48,018 nt of DNA from Candidatus Sericytochromatia bacterium (GTDB lineage Bacteria; Cyanobacteriota; Sericytochromatia; S15B-MN24; UBA4093). The translations under genes and the position numbers were made by a program. Each line of letters starts with the position of its first letter. The first letter of the stretch is position 1. Positions 9,718-19,033 of this stretch are shown here, piece after piece. The notes below the pieces were generated by a model. The model saw nothing but the letters and a program-made list of their open reading frames with translations, made no database searches and had not been told where the DNA came from. The stretch covers positions 1 through 48,018 of the forward strand of contig JAKFBU010000059.1 in NCBI GenBank assembly GCA_036676985.1, given 5' to 3'.

Positions 9718-10001
9718 TCCGCGAAATCGAGTTCGTCGACGGCAACTCCAATACGGTCGTCTCGCGCGTCCCGTTCGACGAGGTTCCGCCTGCCAACCGC
9801 GAGATCTACCTGCGCCAGGGCGTCCAGGTCCCGGGCCCCGAAGGGGCCGATGAGGTCGTGCCGATCGTTCGGGTGGTGCGCCTGCTGGTGGACGATGCCG
9901 GTGAGCCGGCCGAGGCCGAGCAGGCTACCCGGGCCTACATCCGCGAGTTCGACGAGCACGGCGTCCTGCGCCGTGAGACGCTCCAGCTCCGGAATGGATA
10001 A
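9714..10001 (+). CDS. Small acidic hypothetical protein coupled to the metallopeptidase
   Basis: ATGA start/stop overlap at 9714-9717; 95 aa starting MIREIEFVDG. Confidence 0.7.
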   Translation: MIREIEFVDGNSNTVVSRVPFDEVPPANREIYLRQGVQVPGPEGADEVVPIVRVVRLLVDDAGEPAEAEQATRAYIREFDEHGVLRRETLQLRNG

Positions 10002-10016
10002 GAGTCCTTCACCCGC

Positions 10017-11087
10017 TTGCTCTCCGCAATTCGACGACTGCGTACCGGCCTCCTGCTCGGCATCTTTGCCTGCGCCGCCTTGCTGCCGCCTGCCTGGGCC
10101 CAGCCCGCCACCCCCTTTCCCGAGTTTCAGACCATCGACCTGGGGCCCGCCTTTCGCGGGGCAAATCCGCGCGTGCTCGGCATGGACGGGGCCTTTTCGG
10201 TCCCGGTGGACAAGGGGCGATCGCTCTGGATCTTCGGGGACACGTTGCTCGGCGGCTGGCGGCCGAACGGCGATCGTCACCTCGAGGGCATGCCCCCCAA
10301 CACGGCGGTCTTGGTCGACGACAAGGACTGGGTGACGGGCTTTTCCAGAGCCCAGTTCATCGGGCGACCGGATCCCATCGCGCTCATGCGCCCCTCGAAG
10401 TCGTCGTACCGCATCTGGCCACTGGATGTCGTGCGTACGGGTAAGCGCTTCCACCCTTACTACGTTGAGATCGAGCCCTTCGGCAAGGGACCGCTCGATT
10501 TCCGGGTGGTCGGCACGGGTGTCTTCACCGGGGAAGGTCTTCCGAGCGGCCCTCTCAAGACGCGGGTTCCGCTCTGGAAGGGCGACGAGCCGTCCTTCGG
10601 GGCGAGCGTCCTCGAGTGGCAGGACGCCTGGTACCTCTACGCCGGGGGCGCGCAGACCCACCTTGCGCGGGCCACGGGTCCGCTCGATCGACCGGGATCC
10701 TACCGGTACTGGGCCGGCGACGACCGCTGGGTGACCGACCCGAAGCAGGCCGCGCCCATGCCGGGTTCGGGGCCCGAAGTGAGCGTGCGGTACAACGCCT
10801 ACCTGAAGTCCTTCGTGATGGTCTACGTGCCGCCCTTCGGGAACAAGGTCGAGGCGCGCTTCGCGCCGAAGCCCTGGGGGCCCTGGAGTGAGCCGTTGAC
10901 GCTGGCTGCCTGTCAGCCCGCCGGGGAGACGTCCGCCATGTTCTACGGGGCCAAGCAGCATGCCGAGCTGGACGTGGATGGCGGGCGCCAGATCGTCCTC
11001 AGCTACAACACCAACGTGCCGGAGGCCCTGCTGGAGCAGCGGCCGGACCTGTACTGGCCGCGGTTGCTGAGAGTGACCTTTCGCTGA
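10017..11087 (+). CDS. Exported DUF4185/DUF5005-like beta-propeller (putative glycosidase)
   Basis: Signal peptide ending AWA; GMDGAFSV, WIFGDT, PWGPWS and YGAKQH motifs. Confidence 0.72.
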   Translation: MLSAIRRLRTGLLLGIFACAALLPPAWAQPATPFPEFQTIDLGPAFRGANPRVLGMDGAFSVPVDKGRSLWIFGDTLLGGWRPNGDRHLEGMPPNTAVLVDDKDWVTGFSRAQFIGRPDPIALMRPSKSSYRIWPLDVVRTGKRFHPYYVEIEPFGKGPLDFRVVGTGVFTGEGLPSGPLKTRVPLWKGDEPSFGASVLEWQDAWYLYAGGAQTHLARATGPLDRPGSYRYWAGDDRWVTDPKQAAPMPGSGPEVSVRYNAYLKSFVMVYVPPFGNKVEARFAPKPWGPWSEPLTLAACQPAGETSAMFYGAKQHAELDVDGGRQIVLSYNTNVPEALLEQRPDLYWPRLLRVTFR

Positions 11088-11165
11088 GCGGATCAGGCCG
11101 TGAGAGCTTGCGACGGGTCGCCGCGCACCGGGAGCGCGTCCGACCGTCGCAGTAGGGGAGGAACC

Positions 11166-12398
11166 ATGCGGGTCGCGATAACCGGTACGGGAACACGGGG
11201 CGATATCCAACCGTTCCTGCTGCTTGGCAAGGCTCTCGTCGAGCGGGGCCACGAGGTCGTGGTCTACGCCTCGCCCGACTTTGCCGACCTGGCGTCCGAG
11301 GTGGGCGTTCCCTTCCAGGGGTTCGGGCGCCCGTTCGAGGAGGTCCAGGCCGAGATGCAACGGGCCTTCGAGGAACACCCGATCCGAGCCTTCTTCGGGT
11401 CGATCGCCAGGGAGATGGTGCAGGATCAGGCGCGGGACGTGGCGCCGCTGGTGCGCGGCGCGGACGTCGTGATCGGCAACAGCATCGTGTTGATGGGGCC
11501 GTCCGCGGCAGAGGCCGCGGGGGTTCCCTACTTGCTCGCGGTCCTGCAGCCGGGGGTGTTGCCGTCCGACGACTACCCGCCGCCCATCACGACCCATCAA
11601 GGCCTGCCGCGATGGATCAACCGCGTCCTGTGGCGCATCGCCGGTGGGATTTACAACGCCGCGGTCCGTCGCTACCTGAACGAGGCCCGGGTGACCATGG
11701 GACTGGCTCCCGTTCCGGACGTGTCGGAGCACCTCTACGGGGCCGGGAAGATCCTGGTCGCGGTCGATCCCGACCTGACCGGGCCGTTGCCCGACTGGCG
11801 TTACCCCCACGTGGTGACGGGCCTGTGGCAGGCGAGGGATACGGCTGCCCCCCTGCCTGCCGACCTCGAGGCGTTTCTGGTGGATGGTCCGCCGCCCGTC
11901 TATGTGGGCTTCGGCTCGCTCACCGGCGCCGCCTCCGTGAAGCGCACCCGCGCGGTGGTCGACGCGGTGCGGAAGGCGCAGGTGCGGGCCGTGTTCCGTG
12001 CGGACTGGCCAGGGCTCGGCACGGAGGTCGAGCTGCCGCCTCACTGCATGGTGACCGGTTCGGTCTCGCACGCCGCCCTGCTGCCGCGGTGCGCGGCCGT
12101 CGTGCACCATGGGGGCGCCGGGACGACGGCGGCCGCCGCGCTCGCCGGTATCCCGCAGGTGGTCGTGCCGCACATGCTCGACCAGCACTACTGGGCCAAC
12201 CGGGTGGTGGCCTGTGGTCTGGGCCCACAGACCTTCAAGGTGGGCCAGCTCACGGCCGAACGCCTGGCCGATGCCATCCGGCAGGCCTGCAGTGGCCCCT
12301 ACACGCAGCAGGCCCGGGCGTTCGCCCACCAGTTCCGCGAACGGGATGGCCTCGCCGAGGCCGTCCGGGCGATCGAGGCGACCGTCGCAGGATCCTGA
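11166..12398 (+). CDS. GT1-family glycosyltransferase (sterol/glycolipid glucosyltransferase-like)
   Basis: GTRGDIQP, VYVGFGS, HHGGAGTT, DQHYWA. Confidence 0.92.
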   Translation: MRVAITGTGTRGDIQPFLLLGKALVERGHEVVVYASPDFADLASEVGVPFQGFGRPFEEVQAEMQRAFEEHPIRAFFGSIAREMVQDQARDVAPLVRGADVVIGNSIVLMGPSAAEAAGVPYLLAVLQPGVLPSDDYPPPITTHQGLPRWINRVLWRIAGGIYNAAVRRYLNEARVTMGLAPVPDVSEHLYGAGKILVAVDPDLTGPLPDWRYPHVVTGLWQARDTAAPLPADLEAFLVDGPPPVYVGFGSLTGAASVKRTRAVVDAVRKAQVRAVFRADWPGLGTEVELPPHCMVTGSVSHAALLPRCAAVVHHGGAGTTAAAALAGIPQVVVPHMLDQHYWANRVVACGLGPQTFKVGQLTAERLADAIRQACSGPYTQQARAFAHQFRERDGLAEAVRAIEATVAGS

Positions 12399-12424
12399 GC
12401 TCCGGCGCTCCCAGGAAAATCGCT

Positions 12425-13909
12425 CTAGCTTTGTGCTGCGATCGCCATGCGCCGCACGGCCTCGGCCAGCTCGGCCGGGGTCAGCATGGCGAATCCCAGC
12501 CGCAGGTACGACAGGTTGTCCTCCGAAAAGGAGAACCGCTGGCCGGGCATGAAGGCCACGCCGTGGCTCAGGCCTCGCTCCGACCAAGCCCGCACGTCCA
12601 GCGAGGGATCCGTATTCACCCAGAGGGCCAGGCCACCGGCCGGTAGCCGGAACGCCACGCGGTCCCCGAATTGCCGCTCCAGCGCCTCGGCGAGGGCCTC
12701 GCGGCGCACCGCATACTCGCGCCCCACCCGCCAGACGTGCCGCTGGAGGATGCCGTCCTCGAGCAGTTGAGCGACGGCGTACTCCTGGGCTAGGTCCCCC
12801 TGGCGATCGACGTGCACCCGCAGCTCGGCGATGCGCTCGATGAGCGCCGTAGGCGCCGCCACGAATCCCAGCCGGAGCCCCGGCGCCAGGATCTTGGACA
12901 TGGTGCCGACGTAGACCACGACCCCGTGCCGGTCCGAGCTTGCGAGCGGCGTCACGGGGCGTCCCTCGTAGTGGAACTCGTGGTCGTAGTCGTCTTCCAG
13001 GATGGCGATGCCGTGCTGCCTCGCGAGCTCCAGGAGCCTCAGGCGACGACCGGGATCCAGCGTCACGGTCGTCGGGTACTGGTGGTGGGGCGTCACGTAG
13101 AGCGCGCGCAGGGGGCGCTGCTGCATCACGGCCTCGAGGGCGTCCACGTCGAGGCCGCGCTCATCGACGGGTAAGGGAATGAGCTCGGCCCCCGTCAGCC
13201 GGAGGGCTTCCCAGGCGGGGCGATAACCGAGGGCTTCGACGGCGACCGTGTCTCCCGGCCGCAGGAGGGTGCGGGCCACCAGGTCGAGCGCCATCTGGCT
13301 GCCCCGGGTGACGAGCACGTTCTCGGTCCGGACCGATAGACCCCGGCGTGACGAGAGCATGGCCGCAAGAGCCGTCCGCAGCCGCTCGTGGCCCCGCGGG
13401 TCGCCGTAGTTCAGCAAGGCCTGACCACCGATCTTGAGCGCCCGGCGATAGGCCCGCGCCAGCTCGTCGATCGGGATGAGCCGGGCGTCCGGCGTGCCGC
13501 TGCCCATGACGAGCGTGCCCGGTGCGTACTGGCGGACCTCGTAGCGGATGGGCGGTGGGGGGAGGGTGAAGCCGAGGGCTTCCTGGCTTTCGGGGACGGC
13601 CCTGCCGCGCGTGGCGAAGGGACGGGCCAGGTCCGCCGGGATGCTCCGCGAGACGTACGTGCCCACGGCGGGCTCGGTGGCGATCCAGCCCTCGGACTCG
13701 AGCTCCTGGTAGGCGGCGAGCACCGTGTTGCGGTGTACCCCGAGGGTCTCGGCGAGCGCACGGCTGCTGGGCAGCATGTCGCCCGGCTTGAGGCGCCCCG
13801 AGCGGACGCCCTTGGAGAGGGCCTGCGCGATCTGCACGAAGCGCGGCTGGGGGCCGACGGGATCGAGGTCGAGGACGAAGTCCCAGGGTTTGGACGCTCG
13901 TTGCGGCAT
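12425..13909 (-). CDS. MocR/GabR-family regulator (GntR wHTH + PLP aminotransferase domain)
   Basis: LPSSRALA..LGVHRNTV, EDDYD, GTMSK, PGLRLG. Confidence 0.95.
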   Translation of the reverse strand: MPQRASKPWDFVLDLDPVGPQPRFVQIAQALSKGVRSGRLKPGDMLPSSRALAETLGVHRNTVLAAYQELESEGWIATEPAVGTYVSRSIPADLARPFATRGRAVPESQEALGFTLPPPPIRYEVRQYAPGTLVMGSGTPDARLIPIDELARAYRRALKIGGQALLNYGDPRGHERLRTALAAMLSSRRGLSVRTENVLVTRGSQMALDLVARTLLRPGDTVAVEALGYRPAWEALRLTGAELIPLPVDERGLDVDALEAVMQQRPLRALYVTPHHQYPTTVTLDPGRRLRLLELARQHGIAILEDDYDHEFHYEGRPVTPLASSDRHGVVVYVGTMSKILAPGLRLGFVAAPTALIERIAELRVHVDRQGDLAQEYAVAQLLEDGILQRHVWRVGREYAVRREALAEALERQFGDRVAFRLPAGGLALWVNTDPSLDVRAWSERGLSHGVAFMPGQRFSFSEDNLSYLRLGFAMLTPAELAEAVRRMAIAAQS

Positions 13910-13918
13910 GGGGCTCCA

Positions 13919-13963
13919 CTGGTCTAGCGGATTTCTGAAATCTGGTTCTTTTGACAGGACCAG
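13919..13963. promoter_or_regulatory. Probable MocR operator (two direct and one inverted repeat)
   Basis: CTGGTC 13919, CTGGTT 13942, GACCAG 13958 in the divergent intergenic region; layout typical of GabR/PdxR sites. Confidence 0.6.
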
Positions 13964-14001
13964 TATAGCGCTAACCTGGACTCCAGCAAAGGAGGTCCAA
14001 G

Positions 14002-15075
14002 ATGCGCAAGGAACTGCACCGCATGGAGCGCCAGGAGGCGATCGCGCTCCTCGAACGCTCCCACGTCTTCCACATGGCGACCACCCGCCCGGACGGCACT
14101 CCGGTGCTGCGCACCCTGCACGGGGTGGTGATGGGCGAGGCGATCGCCTTCCACGGCGCCCCGGTGGGCGAAAAGAGCGAGGCCGTCGGCCGCCCGGCCG
14201 TCGTGAGCGTCGAGGAGGTCGTGACCTCCATCCCGAGCTACTTCCTGGACCCCCGGCGGGCGTGCCCCGCGACCACCTACTTCCGGAGCGTGCAGGCGCA
14301 CGGCGTCATCCAGCCCGTCACGGACCTCGCCGAGAAGGCCGCCGTGCTCGAGGCCTTCATGCGCAAGTACCAGCCCGAGGGAGGCTATGAGCCGCTGGAG
14401 GCGGACAACCCGCTGTATAGGGGGGCGATCGCGGGCCTGATGGTCTGCAAGATCCCCTTCGAGCAACTGGACGGCAAGGCCAAGCTCGGCCAGAACCGCC
14501 GCCCGGAGGAGCTCGGCGTCATCCTCAAGCGCCTCTGGGAGCGGGGCCTGCCCTCGGACCCGGCGGCCATCGAGCTCATCCGGGCGGCCAACCCCGACCA
14601 CCCGGCGCCCGAGTTCCTGCATGCACCGGCAGGGACGCGTCTCGTCTGCCAGCTGGGAGCACCGGATGCGGCAGCGGCCGCCGACCTCCTGGCCGAGTCC
14701 TACTGGAATGCGGCCACGACCCGCGAGCAGCTGATCCGTGCGCATCTGGGCGCCTCGGCCTGGGTGGGGGCGCGGGACGAGGAGGGGCGCCTCATCGCCA
14801 CGGCACGGGCCATGTCGGACGGCGCCAAGCACGCCTGGGTCTACGACGTGATGGTCGCCCCCGAGTGGCGGGGCCAGGGACTTGGAAAGGCCCTGGTCCG
14901 CTTGCTGCTCGACCACCCGAAGGTCCGCGATGCGGTCTTCGTGCGGCTCGGCACGCGCGATGCCCAGGGCCTTTACACTCGGTTCGGCTTCGAGGAGGTC
15001 GGTAACCTGCCGCCGAAGCCTTACCCGTCCACCGAGATGGTCTTGCGCCGTCTCGCCTTGGTTACCAGATCCTGA
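14002..15075 (+). CDS. Pyridoxamine-5'-phosphate oxidase-like FMN-binding domain fused to GNAT acetyltransferase
   Basis: PATTYFRSV..G and GKAKLGQN in the N-half; DVMV.PEWRGQGLGK and LYTRFGF in the C-half. Confidence 0.85.
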   Translation: MRKELHRMERQEAIALLERSHVFHMATTRPDGTPVLRTLHGVVMGEAIAFHGAPVGEKSEAVGRPAVVSVEEVVTSIPSYFLDPRRACPATTYFRSVQAHGVIQPVTDLAEKAAVLEAFMRKYQPEGGYEPLEADNPLYRGAIAGLMVCKIPFEQLDGKAKLGQNRRPEELGVILKRLWERGLPSDPAAIELIRAANPDHPAPEFLHAPAGTRLVCQLGAPDAAAAADLLAESYWNAATTREQLIRAHLGASAWVGARDEEGRLIATARAMSDGAKHAWVYDVMVAPEWRGQGLGKALVRLLLDHPKVRDAVFVRLGTRDAQGLYTRFGFEEVGNLPPKPYPSTEMVLRRLALVTRS

Positions 15076-17071
15076 TCCGGTCCTCGGGCTGCTTGTACAG
15101 CTTGTCGCCCGCCTTGACGCCGAACGCCTCGTAGAAGGCGTCGAGGTTGGTGACGACCCCGTTGGTGCGGAACCGGCCCGGCGAGTGGGGATCGGTCATG
15201 ATCTTGGTCCGCGCCCACTCGGGACGGTCCTTGGCGCGCCACACCCGGGCGTAGCCCAGGAAGAAGCGCTGCTCGCCCGTAAGCCCGTCGACCTTGGCCG
15301 CGGGCTTGCCGCCCAGCGAGTAGCGGTAGGCCTTGAGGGCCATGGAAACGCCCGCCAGGTCCGCGATGTTCTCGCCGAGGGTCAGCTTGCCGTTCAGGTG
15401 CTGGCCGGGCAGGGGCTCGTAGGTGCCGTACTGCGACACGAGGCGGTCGGCCTTGGCGATGAAGGCCTTCTCGTCGGCGGCCGTCCACCAGTCGCGCAGG
15501 CGGCCGTCGCCGTCGTAGTGGCGGCCCTGGTCGTCGAAGCCATGGCTGATCTCGTGGCCGATGACCGCGCCGATGGCCCCGTAGTTGTAGGCGTCGTCCG
15601 CCTTGGGGTCGAAGAAGGGCGAGTGCAGGATGGCGGCCGGGAACACGATCTCGTTGCCGACCGGGTTGTAGTAGGCGTTGACCGTCTGCGGCGTCATGTA
15701 CCACCGGGTGCGGTCCACGGGCTTGCCGGCCTCGGCCATCATGCGGGCGTACTCGAAGCGGTTGGAGCGCATGAGGTTGCCCACGGCCTCGTCACGCTTG
15801 ATGACGAGCCCCTCGTAGCCGCGCCACTTGTCGGGGTAGCCGATCTTCACGCGGAACTTGGAGAGCTTGTCGACGGCGGCCTTGCGCGTCTCGGGCGTCA
15901 TCCACGACAGGTTCTCGAGGCTCTCGCGGTAGGCCACCAGCAGGTTGTCGACCAGCTTCTTCATGCGGGCCTTGGACTCGGGCGGGAAGTGCTTGGACAC
16001 GTACCGATCGCCGATGGCCTCGCCGAGCGTGTCGTTGGCGGCCTCGACGGTCGTGCGCCAGCGCGGGGCCGGGGTCTTGAGGCCCTGGAGCTTCTCGCTC
16101 TTGAAGCCGAAGTGCGCCGTGCGGAAGTCCTTGGAGAGGTGGTCGGCGTAGCTGTCAATCAGGCGGGCGCGGAAGTAGGTCTTCCAGGTCTCGACCGGGG
16201 TCTTCACGGCGAGGTCCGAGAAGGCCTTGAAGTAGCTCGGCTCGTTGATGACCGAGCCCAGGTCCGCGGGCATCTTGGCGGCCGCGGCGAAGGTCGTCCA
16301 GGGGAAGGCGCCGTAGTCCTTGGCCCAGCGATCGCGCGCGGTGGGGTTGTAGGTCTTGAGCGAGTCGCGGCGGTCGGCCTTGGCCCACTGGATCTGGGCG
16401 AGGGCGAGCTCGAAGTCGTAGGTGGCCTGGGCGGCCTTCTCGGGGTTCGCGAGGCCCGCCATGCGGAAGAGGTCGCGCAGGTAGTCGCGGTAGCTCGCGC
16501 GCAGGGCGTCGGCGTCGGTGCCGGGCTTCAGGTAGTAGTCGCGGTCCGGCATGCCGAGGCCCGACTGGAGCCAGTAGACGACGTTGAGGTTGGGGTCCTT
16601 GGCGTCGGCGTCGGAGTACATGGCCACCGGCGTCCCGACGCCCACCTGGAGCAGGCGGGCCATGGCGCGGGCCACGTCCTCGAGGGACTTGACCTGGTCG
16701 ATGGCGGCGAGCTCCGCCTTGAGGGGGGCGGCACCCAGCTTGTCGAGGGTCGCCTCGTCCATCATGGAGTTGTAGAAGTCGCCGATCATGCGGCTGGTGG
16801 GGTCCTGGCCGGGGTTCTTGGCGGCCTCCTCGATGAGGGCGCGCACGTCGGCGTTGGCCTTCTCGCGCAGCAGCACGAAGGTGCCGAAGGTCCGCTGGTC
16901 GCCCGGGATCTCGGTGGTGTCGAGCCACTTGCCGTTGGTGAAGCGGAACAGGTCGTCCTGGGGACGGACGGTGGTGTCGGCGCCCTCGAAGGGGGCGGGG
17001 ATGCCGGCGAGGGCGGGGAGGCTGAGCGTGGCCGCGAGACCGAGGGCCAGGAGCGCGCTGGTTTTCCGCAT
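15062..17071 (-). CDS. M13 (neprilysin/PepO-like) metallopeptidase, exported
   Basis: VNAYY, HEISH, GENIAD, DPHSP; signal peptide. Confidence 0.95.
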   Translation of the reverse strand: MRKTSALLALGLAATLSLPALAGIPAPFEGADTTVRPQDDLFRFTNGKWLDTTEIPGDQRTFGTFVLLREKANADVRALIEEAAKNPGQDPTSRMIGDFYNSMMDEATLDKLGAAPLKAELAAIDQVKSLEDVARAMARLLQVGVGTPVAMYSDADAKDPNLNVVYWLQSGLGMPDRDYYLKPGTDADALRASYRDYLRDLFRMAGLANPEKAAQATYDFELALAQIQWAKADRRDSLKTYNPTARDRWAKDYGAFPWTTFAAAAKMPADLGSVINEPSYFKAFSDLAVKTPVETWKTYFRARLIDSYADHLSKDFRTAHFGFKSEKLQGLKTPAPRWRTTVEAANDTLGEAIGDRYVSKHFPPESKARMKKLVDNLLVAYRESLENLSWMTPETRKAAVDKLSKFRVKIGYPDKWRGYEGLVIKRDEAVGNLMRSNRFEYARMMAEAGKPVDRTRWYMTPQTVNAYYNPVGNEIVFPAAILHSPFFDPKADDAYNYGAIGAVIGHEISHGFDDQGRHYDGDGRLRDWWTAADEKAFIAKADRLVSQYGTYEPLPGQHLNGKLTLGENIADLAGVSMALKAYRYSLGGKPAAKVDGLTGEQRFFLGYARVWRAKDRPEWARTKIMTDPHSPGRFRTNGVVTNLDAFYEAFGVKAGDKLYKQPEDRIRIW

Positions 17072-17118
17072 GGGGCTTCCTTATCAGAGGGTGGATGCGC
17101 TCCTATCTTACCCTGCTT

Positions 17119-17180
17119 AGTGCCTAGACCTCCAAGAGTTTGAGCAAGTTGTTGCTCAAACTCTTGGAGGTCTAGGCACT
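17119..17180. repeat. Perfect 29-bp inverted repeat with 4-nt loop
   Basis: AGTGCCTAGACCTCCAAGAGTTTGAGCAA-gttg-TTGCTCAAACTCTTGGAGGTCTAGGCACT. Confidence 0.95.
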
Positions 17181-17221
17181 CATGGTTTCCATGTTTTCTG
17201 GTGCCGGGTTGTCATTTAATA

Positions 17222-17656
17222 TTATGTTGCCTTATTTACGGCAATCTGCTGCAAGAGTTGTCCGAGTTCCTTTTCTGGTGGTCGCCCTTTGAATTCTTCA
17301 TGAGTGTAGGCCCATACGAGTTCAACGGTACGGTCCTCTTCATTCACAAGATAAATTATGCGACCGTAACGTGCGGCGCCTAACAATTGAGGCATGTAGA
17401 ACCTGAACTTCATAAGTTTCCAACCGGGTTGAGCATACCCTTTTGGCCAAGGTTCCGGCTCAAAATGCCCCAGGCTAGTTTCGCCCGCCAGTGGATTTAG
17501 AGCCACAATTGTCGCAAATGACTTCAGAAGGTCGCTGAACTTGTCAGCTCCCTTCTGATTCTTTTTATAATGGGCCTTATAGAGGCCTGTTAATGAACGC
17601 TCAAATCTACCGCAGCGCGTGATCTGATATGTCGTCGATCCAGTTTCCGAACTCAT
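17222..17656 (-). CDS. RelE/ParE-superfamily toxin-like protein
   Basis: Basic 144 aa; F.RSL..L, KFRF, GRIIYLV, LVWAYTH pattern; overlaps the upstream acidic ORF. Confidence 0.65.
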   Translation of the reverse strand: MSSETGSTTYQITRCGRFERSLTGLYKAHYKKNQKGADKFSDLLKSFATIVALNPLAGETSLGHFEPEPWPKGYAQPGWKLMKFRFYMPQLLGAARYGRIIYLVNEEDRTVELVWAYTHEEFKGRPPEKELGQLLQQIAVNKAT

Positions 17657-18149
17657 TTGCAGTCATGGCACTTGATTTATCAAGATCGATTTCATCAAGC
17701 ACGGTAGCCAGCTCTCTTTGATGATGCTCACTGTTATGTTCGAATACATTTAGCGCTATATCGAAATAAGATTCGAGAGCCCTATGCAATTGCTCGCGCG
17801 ACATAACAAAGTGAGCTAATGCTTCCTCGCCTCCCCGAATGACGAGCAATACCATCCGGACCTTGGCGGGAAACGAGAACACTTTATCCGCCAAGGTTTG
17901 TGGTTTCTCAAGGTCATTCAACATTGAGTACGTAATATCACGCACTACCTGCTGATCTTGTTCATTCAAATCGCACCAGCGATGAGGCAATGCTTCACTA
18001 CACTTATCTAGTAATTGCGCAGTCCTGCGCATCTTACGGGCAAGTGCATTGACCTCATCTGGCTGAGTTGTACGAGGATGTTGGGCTTCTCGGATGTCCC
18101 TGGGATTCAACTCTTGAAAGAGTGAATTCCAAGTAATCGTGGCGGCCAT
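17607..18149 (-). CDS. Putative antitoxin
   Basis: Helical protein with acidic tail (MTANEFGNWIDDI) overlapping the toxin start; GGAGG RBS before MAATITW. Confidence 0.6.
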   Translation of the reverse strand: MAATITWNSLFQELNPRDIREAQHPRTTQPDEVNALARKMRRTAQLLDKCSEALPHRWCDLNEQDQQVVRDITYSMLNDLEKPQTLADKVFSFPAKVRMVLLVIRGGEEALAHFVMSREQLHRALESYFDIALNVFEHNSEHHQRELATVLDEIDLDKSSAMTANEFGNWIDDISDHALR

Positions 18150-18484
18150 TGCCAATCCCTCCAAGTGCCAATCACAGTCAACCGCTTAGGTAGACTATCC
18201 CCCTGACACGTTTAGATGACCATGACCAGGTAGCCCAGCTATGGTACCTGGCGAATGGTTGCTTGCTCCCTGTGTACCCGAAACCAGATACAAGGTCACA
18301 CCATAGATATTAACATAAATGCGGTACCGTACGGGCATGCGTCCAGTTCCGCTCGGTGAGTGGATCATACTTTTATACCCGAGTAAGCAAAGCGAAGTTT
18401 CGCTCTGCCCGAACATTATTATCGGAATGAGACATTGACTTCTTGAGTCCATTTATGCTCCGGCGCATTTAGTCAAGATTCCGA

Positions 18485-18916
18485 CTACATTGCCGATGCC
18501 GTACCCACCTCCGGACATCGGTTCGGCTCAAATGTCCTACGGGTTAGTTTTGTAGCGGTAAGGGTATTGCGGTCGAACTGGCCCGTCACCTGGTCGAAGA
18601 GCAGGACTCGAGGGCCGGCGATGCCGATGACGCGCAGGACGGCGAGGAATGAGTAGGTGGGGGCGCGTTCGGGCTCGGCGTAGTAGACGCCGATCACCTC
18701 ATAGGTGTTGTCGGGGGACGGCGGGAACCGCCGCTGGACGGCCTCGGTGATGGTCCGGGCGTCGGCCTCGGGGACGCGGCCGAAGCTGCAGCGGGACTGG
18801 GGCTGGGCGACCTGGCCGTTGTCGGCGGGGCTGCCCGCAGGGGCTGCCTCACGGCTGCAGGCCATGGGCCAGGCGAAGAGGGCGACGAGACCCAGGAAAC
18901 CAAGCAGGCGTTTCAT
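18485..18916 (-). CDS. Small lipoprotein, possibly 3'-truncated
   Basis: MKRLLGFLGLVALFAWPMAC; GGAGG RBS; last ~28 codons fall in AT-richer DNA. Confidence 0.65.
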   Translation of the reverse strand: MKRLLGFLGLVALFAWPMACSREAAPAGSPADNGQVAQPQSRCSFGRVPEADARTITEAVQRRFPPSPDNTYEVIGVYYAEPERAPTYSFLAVLRVIGIAGPRVLLFDQVTGQFDRNTLTATKLTRRTFEPNRCPEVGTASAM

Positions 18917-19033
18917 GGCGACCTCCCATCGAATGGCTGGCAGGTCGATTTTCCAGCGTTTGGGGGGCGGTGGATAGGTCGGGGGGAGAGAAGGGGGGTG
19001 ACGGGAGCGCCAACGCATGGTTCGGACGGCGGC

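Noticed and set aside
9648-12587. Very long antisense or alternate-frame ORFs (also 14882-17143, 22792-25215, 27218-29368, 34533-37427, 35069-37720)
   Set aside because: Shadow ORFs of GC3-rich genes; they lack motifs and overlap well-supported CDS.
17119-17180. Integron attC site
   Set aside because: GCCTAGAC/GTCTAGGC only loosely resembles RYYYAAC/GTTRRRY, there are no extrahelical bases and no integrase is present.
18195-18452. 85-aa ORF upstream of the TA pair
   Set aside because: No RBS or motif; more likely promoter DNA.
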